A DNA stretch of 52,123 bases from a virus (lineage: Duplodnaviria; Caudoviricetes). Made by a program: the position numbers and the translations under genes. The stretch is from the IMG/VR virus record IMGVR_UViG_3300042673_000631, positions 1 to 52,123 of that record. One strand, given 5' to 3'. Shown in pieces: positions 1 to 9,221 of the stretch (position 1 is the first letter of the stretch; each line of letters opens with the position of its first letter). Under the pieces are notes generated by a model. The model made no database searches, was not told the origin of the DNA, and saw only the letters and a list, made by a program, of their open reading frames with translations.

Positions 1-49
1 TGTGGCGACCGTCTGACATGCAAGAAATTGCTGACCGATTTCAAAGAAA

Positions 50-81
50 GACTTGACACGGGTTTAGTTTTCTGGAAGACT
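50..81 (+). promoter_or_regulatory. Repeated phage promoter copy 1 (TTGACA - GGGTTTAG box - AAGACT, 17-nt spacer)
   Basis: GACTTGACACGGGTTTAGTTTTCTGGAAGACT; same motif seen 6 times upstream of SD-led genes. Confidence 0.8.
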
Positions 82-103
82 TCTTTTGTCGGAGGGAGAC
101 AAA

Positions 104-343
104 ATGACACACACAGCATTCACCGCAACCGCACCTGACGGATTCGTCTGGAAACGCAAAACAAAAGGGCATTTCAGCCACGCAGTTCTTGGCTTCAACC
201 CTTACCTCGGAGACTGGCACATCGTAGGTTTCCGTTCAACACTTGCATCAGCACAAAAAGAGGCAATGAAAGCAAGCGGTGGCATCGGATCGTGGAGTCC
301 TTACAGCGAAGTAATCATCGTTGAGACAGTGGAGGTGGAGTGA
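104..343 (+). CDS. Hypothetical early protein
   Basis: GGAGGG RBS at 91-96 before ATG 104; downstream of repeated promoter. Confidence 0.7.
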   Translation: MTHTAFTATAPDGFVWKRKTKGHFSHAVLGFNPYLGDWHIVGFRSTLASAQKEAMKASGGIGSWSPYSEVIIVETVEVE

Positions 344-672
344 TGCTAAACACTGATCCAACAAAACTGGCTCGCCGACAAGATCCGCACACATCTCGTG
401 CAGGTGCCAAAGATGTAGCACCCAGATCTGGATCGCAGAAAGCGAAACTGCTGGAAGCGTATGCGAATCATCCTGACGGGCTGACCGATGAGGAAGCGGG
501 CATTTTTTCAGGTTTGGCTAACAATCACGGATGCGGGTACTGGAAACGGTGTTCGGATCTGGAGCGGGAAGGGCTGATCCAGCGGACATTATTTACCCGC
601 CCAGCGTCTACAGGAAATCAACAGATCGTGAGAGCGATCACCGAAACAGGAAGAAAGGTTGTGGGAAAATGA
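340..672 (+). CDS. Winged-helix DNA-binding protein
   Basis: ARRQDPHTS...GLTDEE...YWKRCSDLEREGLI wHTH-like pattern; GTGA overlap with upstream gene. Confidence 0.6.
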   Translation: MMLNTDPTKLARRQDPHTSRAGAKDVAPRSGSQKAKLLEAYANHPDGLTDEEAGIFSGLANNHGCGYWKRCSDLEREGLIQRTLFTRPASTGNQQIVRAITETGRKVVGK

Positions 673-845
673 ATCTACGATGGCTTTGTGGGTCAATTTT
701 GTTCAATTTGGTGACGATGCTTTTTGTGGCGTTTGCGGAACCGAGCGGGGTGGCTTTTATTACGGTTGTGATGCTTGGTTGTTCGTTGGTCTTGATGGTG
801 TTGGGGATGCGAAAGTTGGATCCCGACAATAAATACTTTGACTAA
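669..845 (+). CDS. Small membrane protein (2 TM)
   Basis: ATGA overlap at 669; MNLRWLCGSILFNLVTMLFVAF...VAFITVVMLGCSLVLMVLG hydrophobic. Confidence 0.6.
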   Translation: MNLRWLCGSILFNLVTMLFVAFAEPSGVAFITVVMLGCSLVLMVLGMRKLDPDNKYFD

Positions 846-846
846 T

Positions 847-878
847 GACTTGACAGGGGTTTAGTTTTCTGTCAGACT
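847..878 (+). promoter_or_regulatory. Repeated phage promoter copy 2
   Basis: GACTTGACAGGGGTTTAGTTTTCTGTCAGACT; TTGACA 850-855, CAGACT 873-878. Confidence 0.8.
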
Positions 879-901
879 TCTTATACAAGGAAAGGAGCCA
901 A

Positions 902-1309
902 ATGACCAGTTACACCCACCAAGAAGCCGAAAGTCTCAAAGCGGAACTTCGGGAACTTGCCTCGCAAGTTTTGGAGTACAAAGCAACCGCTTACATGGTT
1001 GCCAAGGAACAGACCGCTCACCAGCGTCGGACACACCAGCCTGCTGGCGAAAGCAAGAGGTGGTACGCAGGTTCCAAAATTGCTGGCTTAACTTGGACGG
1101 AATTTGCTAAAGAGTTTGGTTTGGAGTACGAGATCCACACAGATGTTGGCGATGACCAAGGCAGGTACTACACCAAAAAAGAAGCGGTTGAAATCCGAAT
1201 GGAATCCTGCGAAGAAGAGTTTGTCCGCTTCATGTTTCACCAGTCCTACGACGATCCTGAAACATTTAAAAAAGTAGTCGCTTTCTTAAAAAAGGAGGAA
1301 ATTAAATGA
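902..1309 (+). CDS. Hypothetical early protein
   Basis: AAGGAG RBS, 135-aa ORF. Confidence 0.7.
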   Translation: MTSYTHQEAESLKAELRELASQVLEYKATAYMVAKEQTAHQRRTHQPAGESKRWYAGSKIAGLTWTEFAKEFGLEYEIHTDVGDDQGRYYTKKEAVEIRMESCEEEFVRFMFHQSYDDPETFKKVVAFLKKEEIK

Positions 1310-1530
1310 CCATGACAGAAAAAAATAAAAACACAATCAAGAAAAATCGGCTTGAGATTGAACAGCAACTGCAAGACCTTGAATCTCAGATCGCTTCACT
1401 TCGCAGTAAGTTTGAACTTGATGAGTTTGAAACTTATATGGGTCATACAGCAAACAACATGATGGTGAGAGTTATGGAACTAGGTTTACTTATTGCCACT
1501 AATCGTGCGCTCATTGTGGGGGCTAAATGA
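1306..1530 (+). CDS. Hypothetical coiled-coil protein
   Basis: GGAGG RBS, ATGA overlap. Confidence 0.65.
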   Translation: MTMTEKNKNTIKKNRLEIEQQLQDLESQIASLRSKFELDEFETYMGHTANNMMVRVMELGLLIATNRALIVGAK

Positions 1531-1712
1531 AAATAGTTGAGGGCACACGAGCGATCTACAAAAACAAGACAGGCACAGTGGTCGCTATCGGTCAACACGG
1601 GATGGGTTACTGGGATCCCGATACCAACCAAAAAGGCAATGACGGCATGCGACTGGTAGCAATCGCCGATCTCACCGTGATCGTTCCAACAACCTATGAG
1701 GAGGGTAAATGA
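1527..1712 (+). CDS. Hypothetical small (SH3-like) protein
   Basis: Coupled ATGA overlaps on both sides. Confidence 0.55.
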   Translation: MKIVEGTRAIYKNKTGTVVAIGQHGMGYWDPDTNQKGNDGMRLVAIADLTVIVPTTYEEGK

Positions 1713-1897
1713 GCAAGATACAGGAAGTCCCCAAGTTCAAAGATGGGGAATGGCATTGGCAGGAAATTATCGGGGGGACATGGGTTTGGGAAAAGTCCCA
1801 TACCCACCCGATCACGGGGGCGTACACGCCTGAGGAGCATGAGGAAATGCAAGAAATGTTTGATGCTGAATTTGACGAAATGGAGGAATTCGTATGA
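1709..1897 (+). CDS. Hypothetical acidic protein
   Basis: GGAGGG RBS, coupled overlaps. Confidence 0.6.
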   Translation: MSKIQEVPKFKDGEWHWQEIIGGTWVWEKSHTHPITGAYTPEEHEEMQEMFDAEFDEMEEFV

Positions 1898-2328
1898 CAA
1901 CAATTATTGAAAACTGGGAAAAGCGAGTCAAAGAAACATTTGGTGGGGATCTTCCTTCAGTTGTTGAGGTTGAACATTTTGAGAAGAATGCCGACTCAAG
2001 TGACTTGATGCGAATGATGGTCAAGACCGTTCATTATGGGGTTCGGGTTCTGTTTCCGATTTCTAAAATTGACCATGTGGTTGTTTCAGCATTTCAGCGT
2101 CAAACTGAGTTGGAGGGTTTGGTTATTCCAGCGGATCATGGTGGAATGTCGGATGTTCACTTTGGAGCCAACATGAAATTGATCTTGCCTAACCGAAGCA
2201 TTTTTGGTGTTACTGCCATCACTTTTGGATGCGACCATGAAATGGATCATCGGCAGAAAGGCAATTGCTACTACGAGTCGCAATGCTCTAAGTGCAGTTA
2301 TTCGTATGTGGTTGACTCTGGCGACTAA
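1894..2328 (+). CDS. Hypothetical protein with C-terminal Cys/His cluster
   Basis: GGAGG RBS; CDHE...CYYESQCSKC. Confidence 0.6.
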   Translation: MTTIIENWEKRVKETFGGDLPSVVEVEHFEKNADSSDLMRMMVKTVHYGVRVLFPISKIDHVVVSAFQRQTELEGLVIPADHGGMSDVHFGANMKLILPNRSIFGVTAITFGCDHEMDHRQKGNCYYESQCSKCSYSYVVDSGD

Positions 2329-2350
2329 AGCAAACTGAAGTAAAAGTCAA

Positions 2351-2380
2351 GTGGGGTGATGCTTCGGCTCACCCCATTTT
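2351..2380 (+). terminator. Probable intrinsic terminator of the early island
   Basis: GGGGTGA-TGC-TTCG-GC-TCACCCC stem-loop followed by ATTTT. Confidence 0.6.
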
Positions 2381-2394
2381 GCTATCCTCGCCAT

Positions 2395-3834
2395 GTGGCT
2401 GACATGCGTGAACTAGGAACATCAGGATTTCAACATTCTGGCGGTTCTGTAACAGACGAATTTTTAGCGAATCTTCAAGGTATTCGTGGTATTCGTACAT
2501 GGCGTGAAATGGCTGATAACGATCCCGTGGTCGGTGCGATGCTGTTTGCTGTTGAACGGCTGATCCTGAATCTGAAATGGAAAGTAGATCCCTTTGTTGA
2601 AGAGGGCAAGACCAAAGCATCCAAGAAAGATGAAAAGGTCGCCGAATTTGTTGAGCAATGCTTGTACGACATGGAAAACTCTTGGGATGGAACGGTCGCC
2701 GAGATCCTGTCGTTTCTGACTTACGGCTGGTCGTACTCCGAGATCGTCTACAAGAAGCGTGGCGGGATGGACACCAAAGACAAGTCCAAGCGATCCAAAT
2801 TTAATGACCAAAAAATTGGTTGGAGAAAGATTTCTAACCGAGCGCAAGAAACATTGTTCCAGTGGGACATTGATGAATCTGGCGATGTGAGAGCAATGCA
2901 ACAATTAGACCCGTCTGGCGGTCGTGGTCTGGTGTCAATTCCCATTGAGAAGGCTCTGCACTTCCGTACAACCTCCGCTAGAAACAATCCTGAAGGACGA
3001 AGCCTTTTACGCAATGCGTACCGCCCGTGGCGATTTAAACGCACCATTGAAGAAATTGAAGCGATCGGCATTGAACGAGATCTGGCTGGTCTGCCAGTCG
3101 CTTATGTCCCGCCGTCCATGCTTTCGTCCACCGCAACAACAGACGAAGTGTCTGCCCGCAATGCGATCCAAAACATGGTGCGTGGAATCAAACGAAACCA
3201 AAACGAAGGCATCCTTTTCCCGCTCGCTTTTGACGAGGGTGGGCGAGAGATGTACAAACTGACTCTTCTGTCCAGTGGTGGCAACCGCCAGTTCAACACT
3301 GATGCCATTGTTGCCCGCTATGACCAGCGAATCACAATGACAATTTTGGCTGACTTCATTTTGTTGGGTCACGAAAAAGTCGGTTCGTTCGCTTTGGGTT
3401 CGTCAAAGATTGACTTGTTTCTGACTGCGATCGCCCAGATGACCGCTCAGATTTCTGATGTGTTCAACAAGGATGCTGTTCCGAGATTGTTGAAGTTGAA
3501 CGGTATGGATCCCCAGCGCGCACCCGTGATGCGAGTGGAAGAGTTGCAGTCCACCGATCTAACTGTTCTTGGTGACTTCATCACCAAAATGGCTGGTGCT
3601 GGAGCGTTGCAAGTTGATTCTGGTCTGGATGAGTTTGTTCGTGATCTTGCTGGCTTGCCACCAAAGGTTGAAGAAGAGGGTGCTTTACAACAAGGTGCCC
3701 AGATGCAACCGAATGCGATGCCCCAACCTCCTGTAGCACCGCAGTCTGCTCCACCCGCTGAAGCGCAACCTGCTCAAGCCCCGCCCGCTCAAGCGTCTGG
3801 TAGTGGTTCGGTTGAAGACTACATCATTCAATAA
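2395..3834 (+). CDS. Portal protein (DUF935/Mu gp29-like)
   Basis: Size; motifs LTYGWSYSEIVYK, NNPEGRSLLRNAYRPW, GIERDLAGLP; first gene of head module; probable GTG start 6 nt after TATCCT. Confidence 0.85.
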   Translation: MADMRELGTSGFQHSGGSVTDEFLANLQGIRGIRTWREMADNDPVVGAMLFAVERLILNLKWKVDPFVEEGKTKASKKDEKVAEFVEQCLYDMENSWDGTVAEILSFLTYGWSYSEIVYKKRGGMDTKDKSKRSKFNDQKIGWRKISNRAQETLFQWDIDESGDVRAMQQLDPSGGRGLVSIPIEKALHFRTTSARNNPEGRSLLRNAYRPWRFKRTIEEIEAIGIERDLAGLPVAYVPPSMLSSTATTDEVSARNAIQNMVRGIKRNQNEGILFPLAFDEGGREMYKLTLLSSGGNRQFNTDAIVARYDQRITMTILADFILLGHEKVGSFALGSSKIDLFLTAIAQMTAQISDVFNKDAVPRLLKLNGMDPQRAPVMRVEELQSTDLTVLGDFITKMAGAGALQVDSGLDEFVRDLAGLPPKVEEEGALQQGAQMQPNAMPQPPVAPQSAPPAEAQPAQAPPAQASGSGSVEDYIIQ

Positions 3835-4702
3835 AGCCTCACCTTTAACGCCAAACGAGATCGGGATGGCTGGTGCTGTCTCTCAAATTTCGTCAAGTTT
3901 GTCTCGGAGTTTGTTGGGTGTTATTGGTGGTTCGTCGGATGGTGTAACTGCTTTGGGTCGGTTGAGTTCGGTTGATATTTTGGATCAACTTCAGGACTTA
4001 ACACCAGCAATTATTGGTCCGTTGATAAACGAACTTAACTTGTCTGCCATTGATGCGATTGCTTCTATCCCGCCACAGTTAAGCATCGGAGTCAGTTTCA
4101 ATACCACTGACCCTCGCGCGCTCGCGTGGGCGACCCAGCGGGCTGGCGAGTTCGTTGTCCAAATCAGTGACGAGGTACGGTCACAGATCAGGGATCTGAT
4201 CTCTCGTGGATACCGTGACCAAATGACTGTAGATGCCATTGCAAGAGAACTACGGAACATTGTCGGGTTGCATTCTCGTTGGGCTACCGCAGTGGAAAAC
4301 ATGTATGTACGAACACTTGACGGGCTTATCAATTCTGGTGTTGCATTAGGTATGGCGACTACGCAGGCAACCAGTCTTGCGGGGGCGTACCGTGACAAGT
4401 TGATCGCTTCACGGGCTAACACGATCGCCAGAACCGAAGTCATTGGGGCTAATAACGCTGGACGCTATTTGGGGTGGCAACAGTTCATGCAACAGTCTGG
4501 TTATCCGCCGAACTTGATGCAGAAAGAATGGGTTGTTGGTCCTGACGGTTGGCAGGGGATTAATGTATGCGATCTGTGTCTTGAGTTAGATGGCACGATT
4601 GTTGGTGTGAATGATGAGTTTCCTAGTGGTCGGTTGATGCCTCCGTTGCATCCGAATTGTCGTTGTACTGCTTTGCTGATTTTTCCTGAGGATGGTTTGT
4701 GA
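3803..4702 (+). CDS. MuF / SPP1 gp7-like head morphogenesis (minor capsid) protein
   Basis: RANTIARTE and C-terminal KEW...CDLC...PPLHPNCRC; follows portal. Confidence 0.85.
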   Translation: MVRLKTTSFNKASPLTPNEIGMAGAVSQISSSLSRSLLGVIGGSSDGVTALGRLSSVDILDQLQDLTPAIIGPLINELNLSAIDAIASIPPQLSIGVSFNTTDPRALAWATQRAGEFVVQISDEVRSQIRDLISRGYRDQMTVDAIARELRNIVGLHSRWATAVENMYVRTLDGLINSGVALGMATTQATSLAGAYRDKLIASRANTIARTEVIGANNAGRYLGWQQFMQQSGYPPNLMQKEWVVGPDGWQGINVCDLCLELDGTIVGVNDEFPSGRLMPPLHPNCRCTALLIFPEDGL

Positions 4703-6408
4703 TGCCGTACAAGATTGAGCAGAGGGCTGACAAGTTTGTTGTTGTTCGTGAAGACGGCGGGAGAGTTGTTGGTACGCATTCGTCTAGGGCTAAGGCGACG
4801 GCTCATGTGCGGGCTTTGTATGCAAATGTTAAGGATGCCATTGAGAAGGCAAAGTTTGCTTCTCGTAGCGAAGCAGGCAAGTACGCCGCTCACATTCGGT
4901 GGATGCGAGAGCGGGGTATGGAACCGTTAACGCCTGATGCTTGGCGTAGCCAGAACGCTCAACCAGTTCAACCGACAAGAAGTTCTTATGAAAGTTCGTT
5001 AGATGCGATCACAAGTTTTGCTAGTGATGAGTTTCAAAGCAGATTGCGTGATGCCGGTGCTTCTATAAGGGGTAGTAGGTATGACGGTGGCAGATTGGTT
5101 CCGTTAGGAGAATATTTAAATATTCAAAACGAAATGTCTGTGGTTAGAGTTCGTAACCCAAATAATCCTGTGAATACAATAATTATTGGTTCTCCTCCTC
5201 TGATGGCGGTTGAACGAGAAGTCAATGAACTGGGCGGGTTAGTGCATAATGCGATACTAGAAAAAATGAAACAAGACGGACATATTTTGCCAAACGGTGA
5301 ATTTAATACTGCCAAACACGAAGCGTTAATGCAAGTTCGTGACGAATCGCAGGCTGTTGTTGATGAGATTAGAGCCAAAGCCAAAGAATTAGGGCTACAA
5401 CAGTTCACTGGTTATGAAAACGGTGCCCAAACTGAAGAAATGAAAATTGGGTGGCGTGGAGATCCTAAAGATATAGATACTGCGGACCTCCCTCCTCGTC
5501 TCAAAAATTTGCACGAAAAATGGGACACACTGCACCAAGAATTTTACGAAATTCCGTGGAGTGAACGAGATGCGAATGTTTCAAAAAGAGAACAGTTAGA
5601 TGCCGCTAAAGACGAATACGAGAAAGCCGCGCTCGCCGATTTTGAAACTTGGTTTAACGCTAACCACAATCCGTCAGGATCTGGAAGTCACAAAGATCAG
5701 TTTTCAAAAATAAGTAATAATCACAACAACAATATGAGAGCGGTCTGGTCTTATCCAAATTATGTGGATCGGTATGCTGAAAGTTTTAGTAAAGTCATGG
5801 AAGATCTAAATATTTCTGCCAAGTCACAAATTGGTAAATCTGACCAAATTGATTTAAGTAGAAGTAGGTTGACCAAAGCAGAAAAAGAAAAGTTTGCTAG
5901 GGACATTCACACATTTTTTCCTGCTAAAGCAATCAAAATTTTTAGTGATAGATATGGCTTACTGAAAGTAACAAAATCCAAAGGTGGTGGGCATTGGAAT
6001 GTTAGTGATGTACAAATTTTGACATCTAATTCGGAAGGTACGAACATACATGAATTTATGCATGCTTTAACTTATGCGGATCGTCGGGCTAACTTTGTGG
6101 AACAAGCATTTCTTATGCGACGGCAAACAGTTGGTGGGCGTAATAATCAGCCTATTAAAGAACGCATTGTTAATGGTTGGGAAAAACCTAAACAAACTTA
6201 TGACGGAGGAAGAGGTAGACGGTTTGACTCTCTATATATTCGTGACGAGTTTGCGGATGAATATACGGGCAGGCATTATTCGTCTGGTCATACCGAAACT
6301 ATGACAACTGGTTTGGATCGCCTGTCTGAAGGTGGCACTCATATTGAAGATCAGGATCACATGAACTCTACTTTAGGTTTGCTTGTAGCGATTGGGTTGG
6401 GACAATGA
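4699..6408 (+). CDS. Tagged head-cargo protein 1: small N-domain, SRSEAG..RW tag, C-terminal zincin metallopeptidase
   Basis: IEKAKFASRSEAGKYAAHIRW at 4843-4902; HEFMH at 6049-6063 with downstream DEYTGRHY...TETMTTG. Confidence 0.7.
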   Translation: MMPYKIEQRADKFVVVREDGGRVVGTHSSRAKATAHVRALYANVKDAIEKAKFASRSEAGKYAAHIRWMRERGMEPLTPDAWRSQNAQPVQPTRSSYESSLDAITSFASDEFQSRLRDAGASIRGSRYDGGRLVPLGEYLNIQNEMSVVRVRNPNNPVNTIIIGSPPLMAVEREVNELGGLVHNAILEKMKQDGHILPNGEFNTAKHEALMQVRDESQAVVDEIRAKAKELGLQQFTGYENGAQTEEMKIGWRGDPKDIDTADLPPRLKNLHEKWDTLHQEFYEIPWSERDANVSKREQLDAAKDEYEKAALADFETWFNANHNPSGSGSHKDQFSKISNNHNNNMRAVWSYPNYVDRYAESFSKVMEDLNISAKSQIGKSDQIDLSRSRLTKAEKEKFARDIHTFFPAKAIKIFSDRYGLLKVTKSKGGGHWNVSDVQILTSNSEGTNIHEFMHALTYADRRANFVEQAFLMRRQTVGGRNNQPIKERIVNGWEKPKQTYDGGRGRRFDSLYIRDEFADEYTGRHYSSGHTETMTTGLDRLSEGGTHIEDQDHMNSTLGLLVAIGLGQ

Positions 6409-9221
6409 TTAGGTTCGGGTATGTCCAGAATGGTGTTCAGCGGTTTGCTGAGTGGACTGAAGAGTCTGGGCTTGTATGCGAAGACGATTTGCTTGATGCC
6501 GTCAATCTTTTGATTGGGGCTAAGGCTCCTGTTAAGTGTTCTTGGGTCGGGTATTTGATGGAAGCGTCTGTTGATACTCCTGTGCAGGCGTGGGGGACTA
6601 TCAATAAGGCATTGAAGTGGTGTAATGGTGTTGAGTTGGTTCGTTGTACGCCACCGTTGATTGAGTATGACGAGTTTTCGGAACCTGAAGAGGATCTGCT
6701 TGAGAAAGCAACTTTTAGTTCACGATCTGAAGCAGGCAGATATGCCGCCCAACAGCGTTGGAAGAACCATGCGAAACAAGAAACGCTGTTAACTCCAACC
6801 GATGATGTTTCTTTGGCACAAAAAACTGGTCAACCAATTACATGGTTGCTTCCTGCTACACGGGATATGCGGTTAAAAGGTTTGTTAAGTAGTTTGGCTC
6901 CTCATTTTATTGCTACTGGTGTGTCAGTCCAAGATTTTGACTCTGTGTTGGGTGATCCAGCAATTAAACCGTTGATTAAATATTTGGAAGATAAAGGTAT
7001 TGTTGATATACCAGATTTTTATAGTTCTGAGGGTGCGACTAATGCTGAGTTGGTTGCTCACGGGTTAATTGTTTCGGCGATGCAAGACCTTGCTTTGAAG
7101 ATGAGGTCTAGCAGTTTGGATGTTGACCGAAGCAAATCGTTCAATCAGGCAATTCAGATCGCTACTGATGGTTTTCCAACAGTCAACATGGGTATTACCG
7201 CTTTTGAGATGATGATGGATGAGGGCGGTCGTTACAAGACACAGTTTGAGGCTGGTGATTCTGGTGGATATTTTAGTCCAGATTTGCGGGCGGCTTTTGA
7301 ATCTAGCGTGTTGGGTTTACATCCTGACATGGATGCGACTAAGCGTCCCGTGTATGGCACTATGCAGACCTCAACAAGTTTAAAAACAAGTGAAGATGCT
7401 CAAATGTACGGTGGCATTGTTTTGCAGTTAAAGAATAATGTTCGGGATCGGACAACTGTTGCTTACAACGATTCGTTGGGTATGGCGACAAGAACTGCTC
7501 CAGCAAACAGTGTTAAAGATGATTCTGGTGGCATGTTTCGTACTGGCATGATTACGGAACCGTTTTTTTATGTTGAGGCTCAGATTCATGGTGGTGTCAA
7601 CATGGATGATGTTGATGCTGTTTGGATTCACAATTTTACGGGTGTAGATGCTGAGGCTCCTCGTCGTGTAAGGGAAGCGTTGGATGCGAATGGGTACACG
7701 GATGTTCCTGTGTTGCGTGTGGGCGTGGACGAACCTGTGGAGAAAGCGAAGTTCAGTTCACGAAGTGAGGCAGGTAGGTATGCGGCTCACATTAGGTGGA
7801 TGAATGAGCGTGGTATGACTCCGATGACCGCCGACCAGTGGAATGCACAGAACTCTGGTGGTTCGGAGCGCATGCGAAAGATTAAAAGCATGCAAGCGGA
7901 TGTTTCTAAGCGACTTAAAAACTTGAATGATGTTTTGGTTAAGTCTGGTTTGGCATCTGAGGGAATGTGGAACCAAGGAAGATTAGATAGTAATGGTGAT
8001 TTAAAGTATGTTGTTGTTGATCCTAAAGATTGGGATAAGACCAGCGTTCCTGAGGTAAGTAAAAGTCCGATGGCGGCATGGCTTGTTGAAGTAGACATAA
8101 AAAACCCAGAGAGTCCTTTTGCAACATATCAAGTTCCTAATGCTGAGGTCATGGCTTTGATGGAGGATGTTAAAACTTTAGGTTCGTTAATTGAAGAAGA
8201 AGTTCAAGAGCGGATCAACGCACAAAATATTCGTTTGGCAACTGGAGCAGAAGCATCCCGTGACTTTACTTTAAAAATTGTTAACGCCCAGAGAGTGATA
8301 ACGCATTACGAAACAATCACTTCCAGATTTTTGAATGATTTCATCACTTTTAAAGCAGATCCGAATGACCCAACACCAAAATTTCAACAATATGTTAAGT
8401 CAGGTCAACCTAAAATGATTGGGAGCCTTGTTGATTATGCCCCAAGTTTGGGAGAATTTATTGAAAGTAATAACAGTGCTGACGAAAAAGTTTTGCTTTC
8501 TGCTTTAATAGAAAAAACGCGATCTTCTGTTCTTGAATTAAACCAATTAGGATTTGAGCAGAACACTTCGGCAAAATATCGGCGTGAAGTTTTGGCTGAA
8601 ATTCGTTCTTTCGGTGCTGACGAAGGTACTCCTTATGAAATTGTTACTGGTTTCAATTTCCCGAATGGGGCACCTGTAGAAGTCCGTATTGCTGATGCGA
8701 TGCAAAATTTACCAACGGCATGGATTGACAATTTAAAAACTTACACGCAAACAAAAACTACGCATAGAGTGTTAAGAGCAAAAACTGTTAACGAAATGCA
8801 ATCAGGGTACATTGAAGCGAATCATATAATTCAAACTTCGGCAAATGCTCAGACTGCTTTTGTTATCCACGAATTGGTTCATGCTGTTGAAGCGTCAAGC
8901 CCAGTCATGCGAGCAATGGTTCATTCTTTTGGTGTCAATAGAAGAGTCGGTAATTTTAGACCTTCAGAAGAAAAGTTTGGTAGCACTTTTGCTCAAAGGT
9001 TACAAACTGGGATTTGGGAAGAATCTGGGCGATCTGGTTTCGTTGAAGATAGTTATTTTGATAAGTATTCTGGGCGTGTGTACGGCGGGTTCGCGTATTC
9101 TGCTCACGAACAGTTGACTACGGGGACAGATTATTCGTTGTTTGTCAATACGATTCGTCCGCATGACCGTATTGACTCGGATCAGTTGACTTTTACATTA
9201 GGAATGTGGGCTTCAGCATGA
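6405..9221 (+). CDS. Tagged head-cargo polyprotein 2: partner domain, tag, DUF3626-like domain, tag, zincin metallopeptidase
   Basis: Tags at 6702-6761 and 7740-7799; YKTQFE/RPVYG/RTT..DS/YVEAQIHGGV motifs; HELVH 8868-8882. Confidence 0.7.
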   Translation: MIRFGYVQNGVQRFAEWTEESGLVCEDDLLDAVNLLIGAKAPVKCSWVGYLMEASVDTPVQAWGTINKALKWCNGVELVRCTPPLIEYDEFSEPEEDLLEKATFSSRSEAGRYAAQQRWKNHAKQETLLTPTDDVSLAQKTGQPITWLLPATRDMRLKGLLSSLAPHFIATGVSVQDFDSVLGDPAIKPLIKYLEDKGIVDIPDFYSSEGATNAELVAHGLIVSAMQDLALKMRSSSLDVDRSKSFNQAIQIATDGFPTVNMGITAFEMMMDEGGRYKTQFEAGDSGGYFSPDLRAAFESSVLGLHPDMDATKRPVYGTMQTSTSLKTSEDAQMYGGIVLQLKNNVRDRTTVAYNDSLGMATRTAPANSVKDDSGGMFRTGMITEPFFYVEAQIHGGVNMDDVDAVWIHNFTGVDAEAPRRVREALDANGYTDVPVLRVGVDEPVEKAKFSSRSEAGRYAAHIRWMNERGMTPMTADQWNAQNSGGSERMRKIKSMQADVSKRLKNLNDVLVKSGLASEGMWNQGRLDSNGDLKYVVVDPKDWDKTSVPEVSKSPMAAWLVEVDIKNPESPFATYQVPNAEVMALMEDVKTLGSLIEEEVQERINAQNIRLATGAEASRDFTLKIVNAQRVITHYETITSRFLNDFITFKADPNDPTPKFQQYVKSGQPKMIGSLVDYAPSLGEFIESNNSADEKVLLSALIEKTRSSVLELNQLGFEQNTSAKYRREVLAEIRSFGADEGTPYEIVTGFNFPNGAPVEVRIADAMQNLPTAWIDNLKTYTQTKTTHRVLRAKTVNEMQSGYIEANHIIQTSANAQTAFVIHELVHAVEASSPVMRAMVHSFGVNRRVGNFRPSEEKFGSTFAQRLQTGIWEESGRSGFVEDSYFDKYSGRVYGGFAYSAHEQLTTGTDYSLFVNTIRPHDRIDSDQLTFTLGMWASA

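Noticed and set aside
2356-2394. ORF-track upstream start of the portal (likewise 45846 for ParB, 33295, 43410)
   Set aside because: Extensions run through terminator hairpins, promoters or upstream genes; downstream starts fit better
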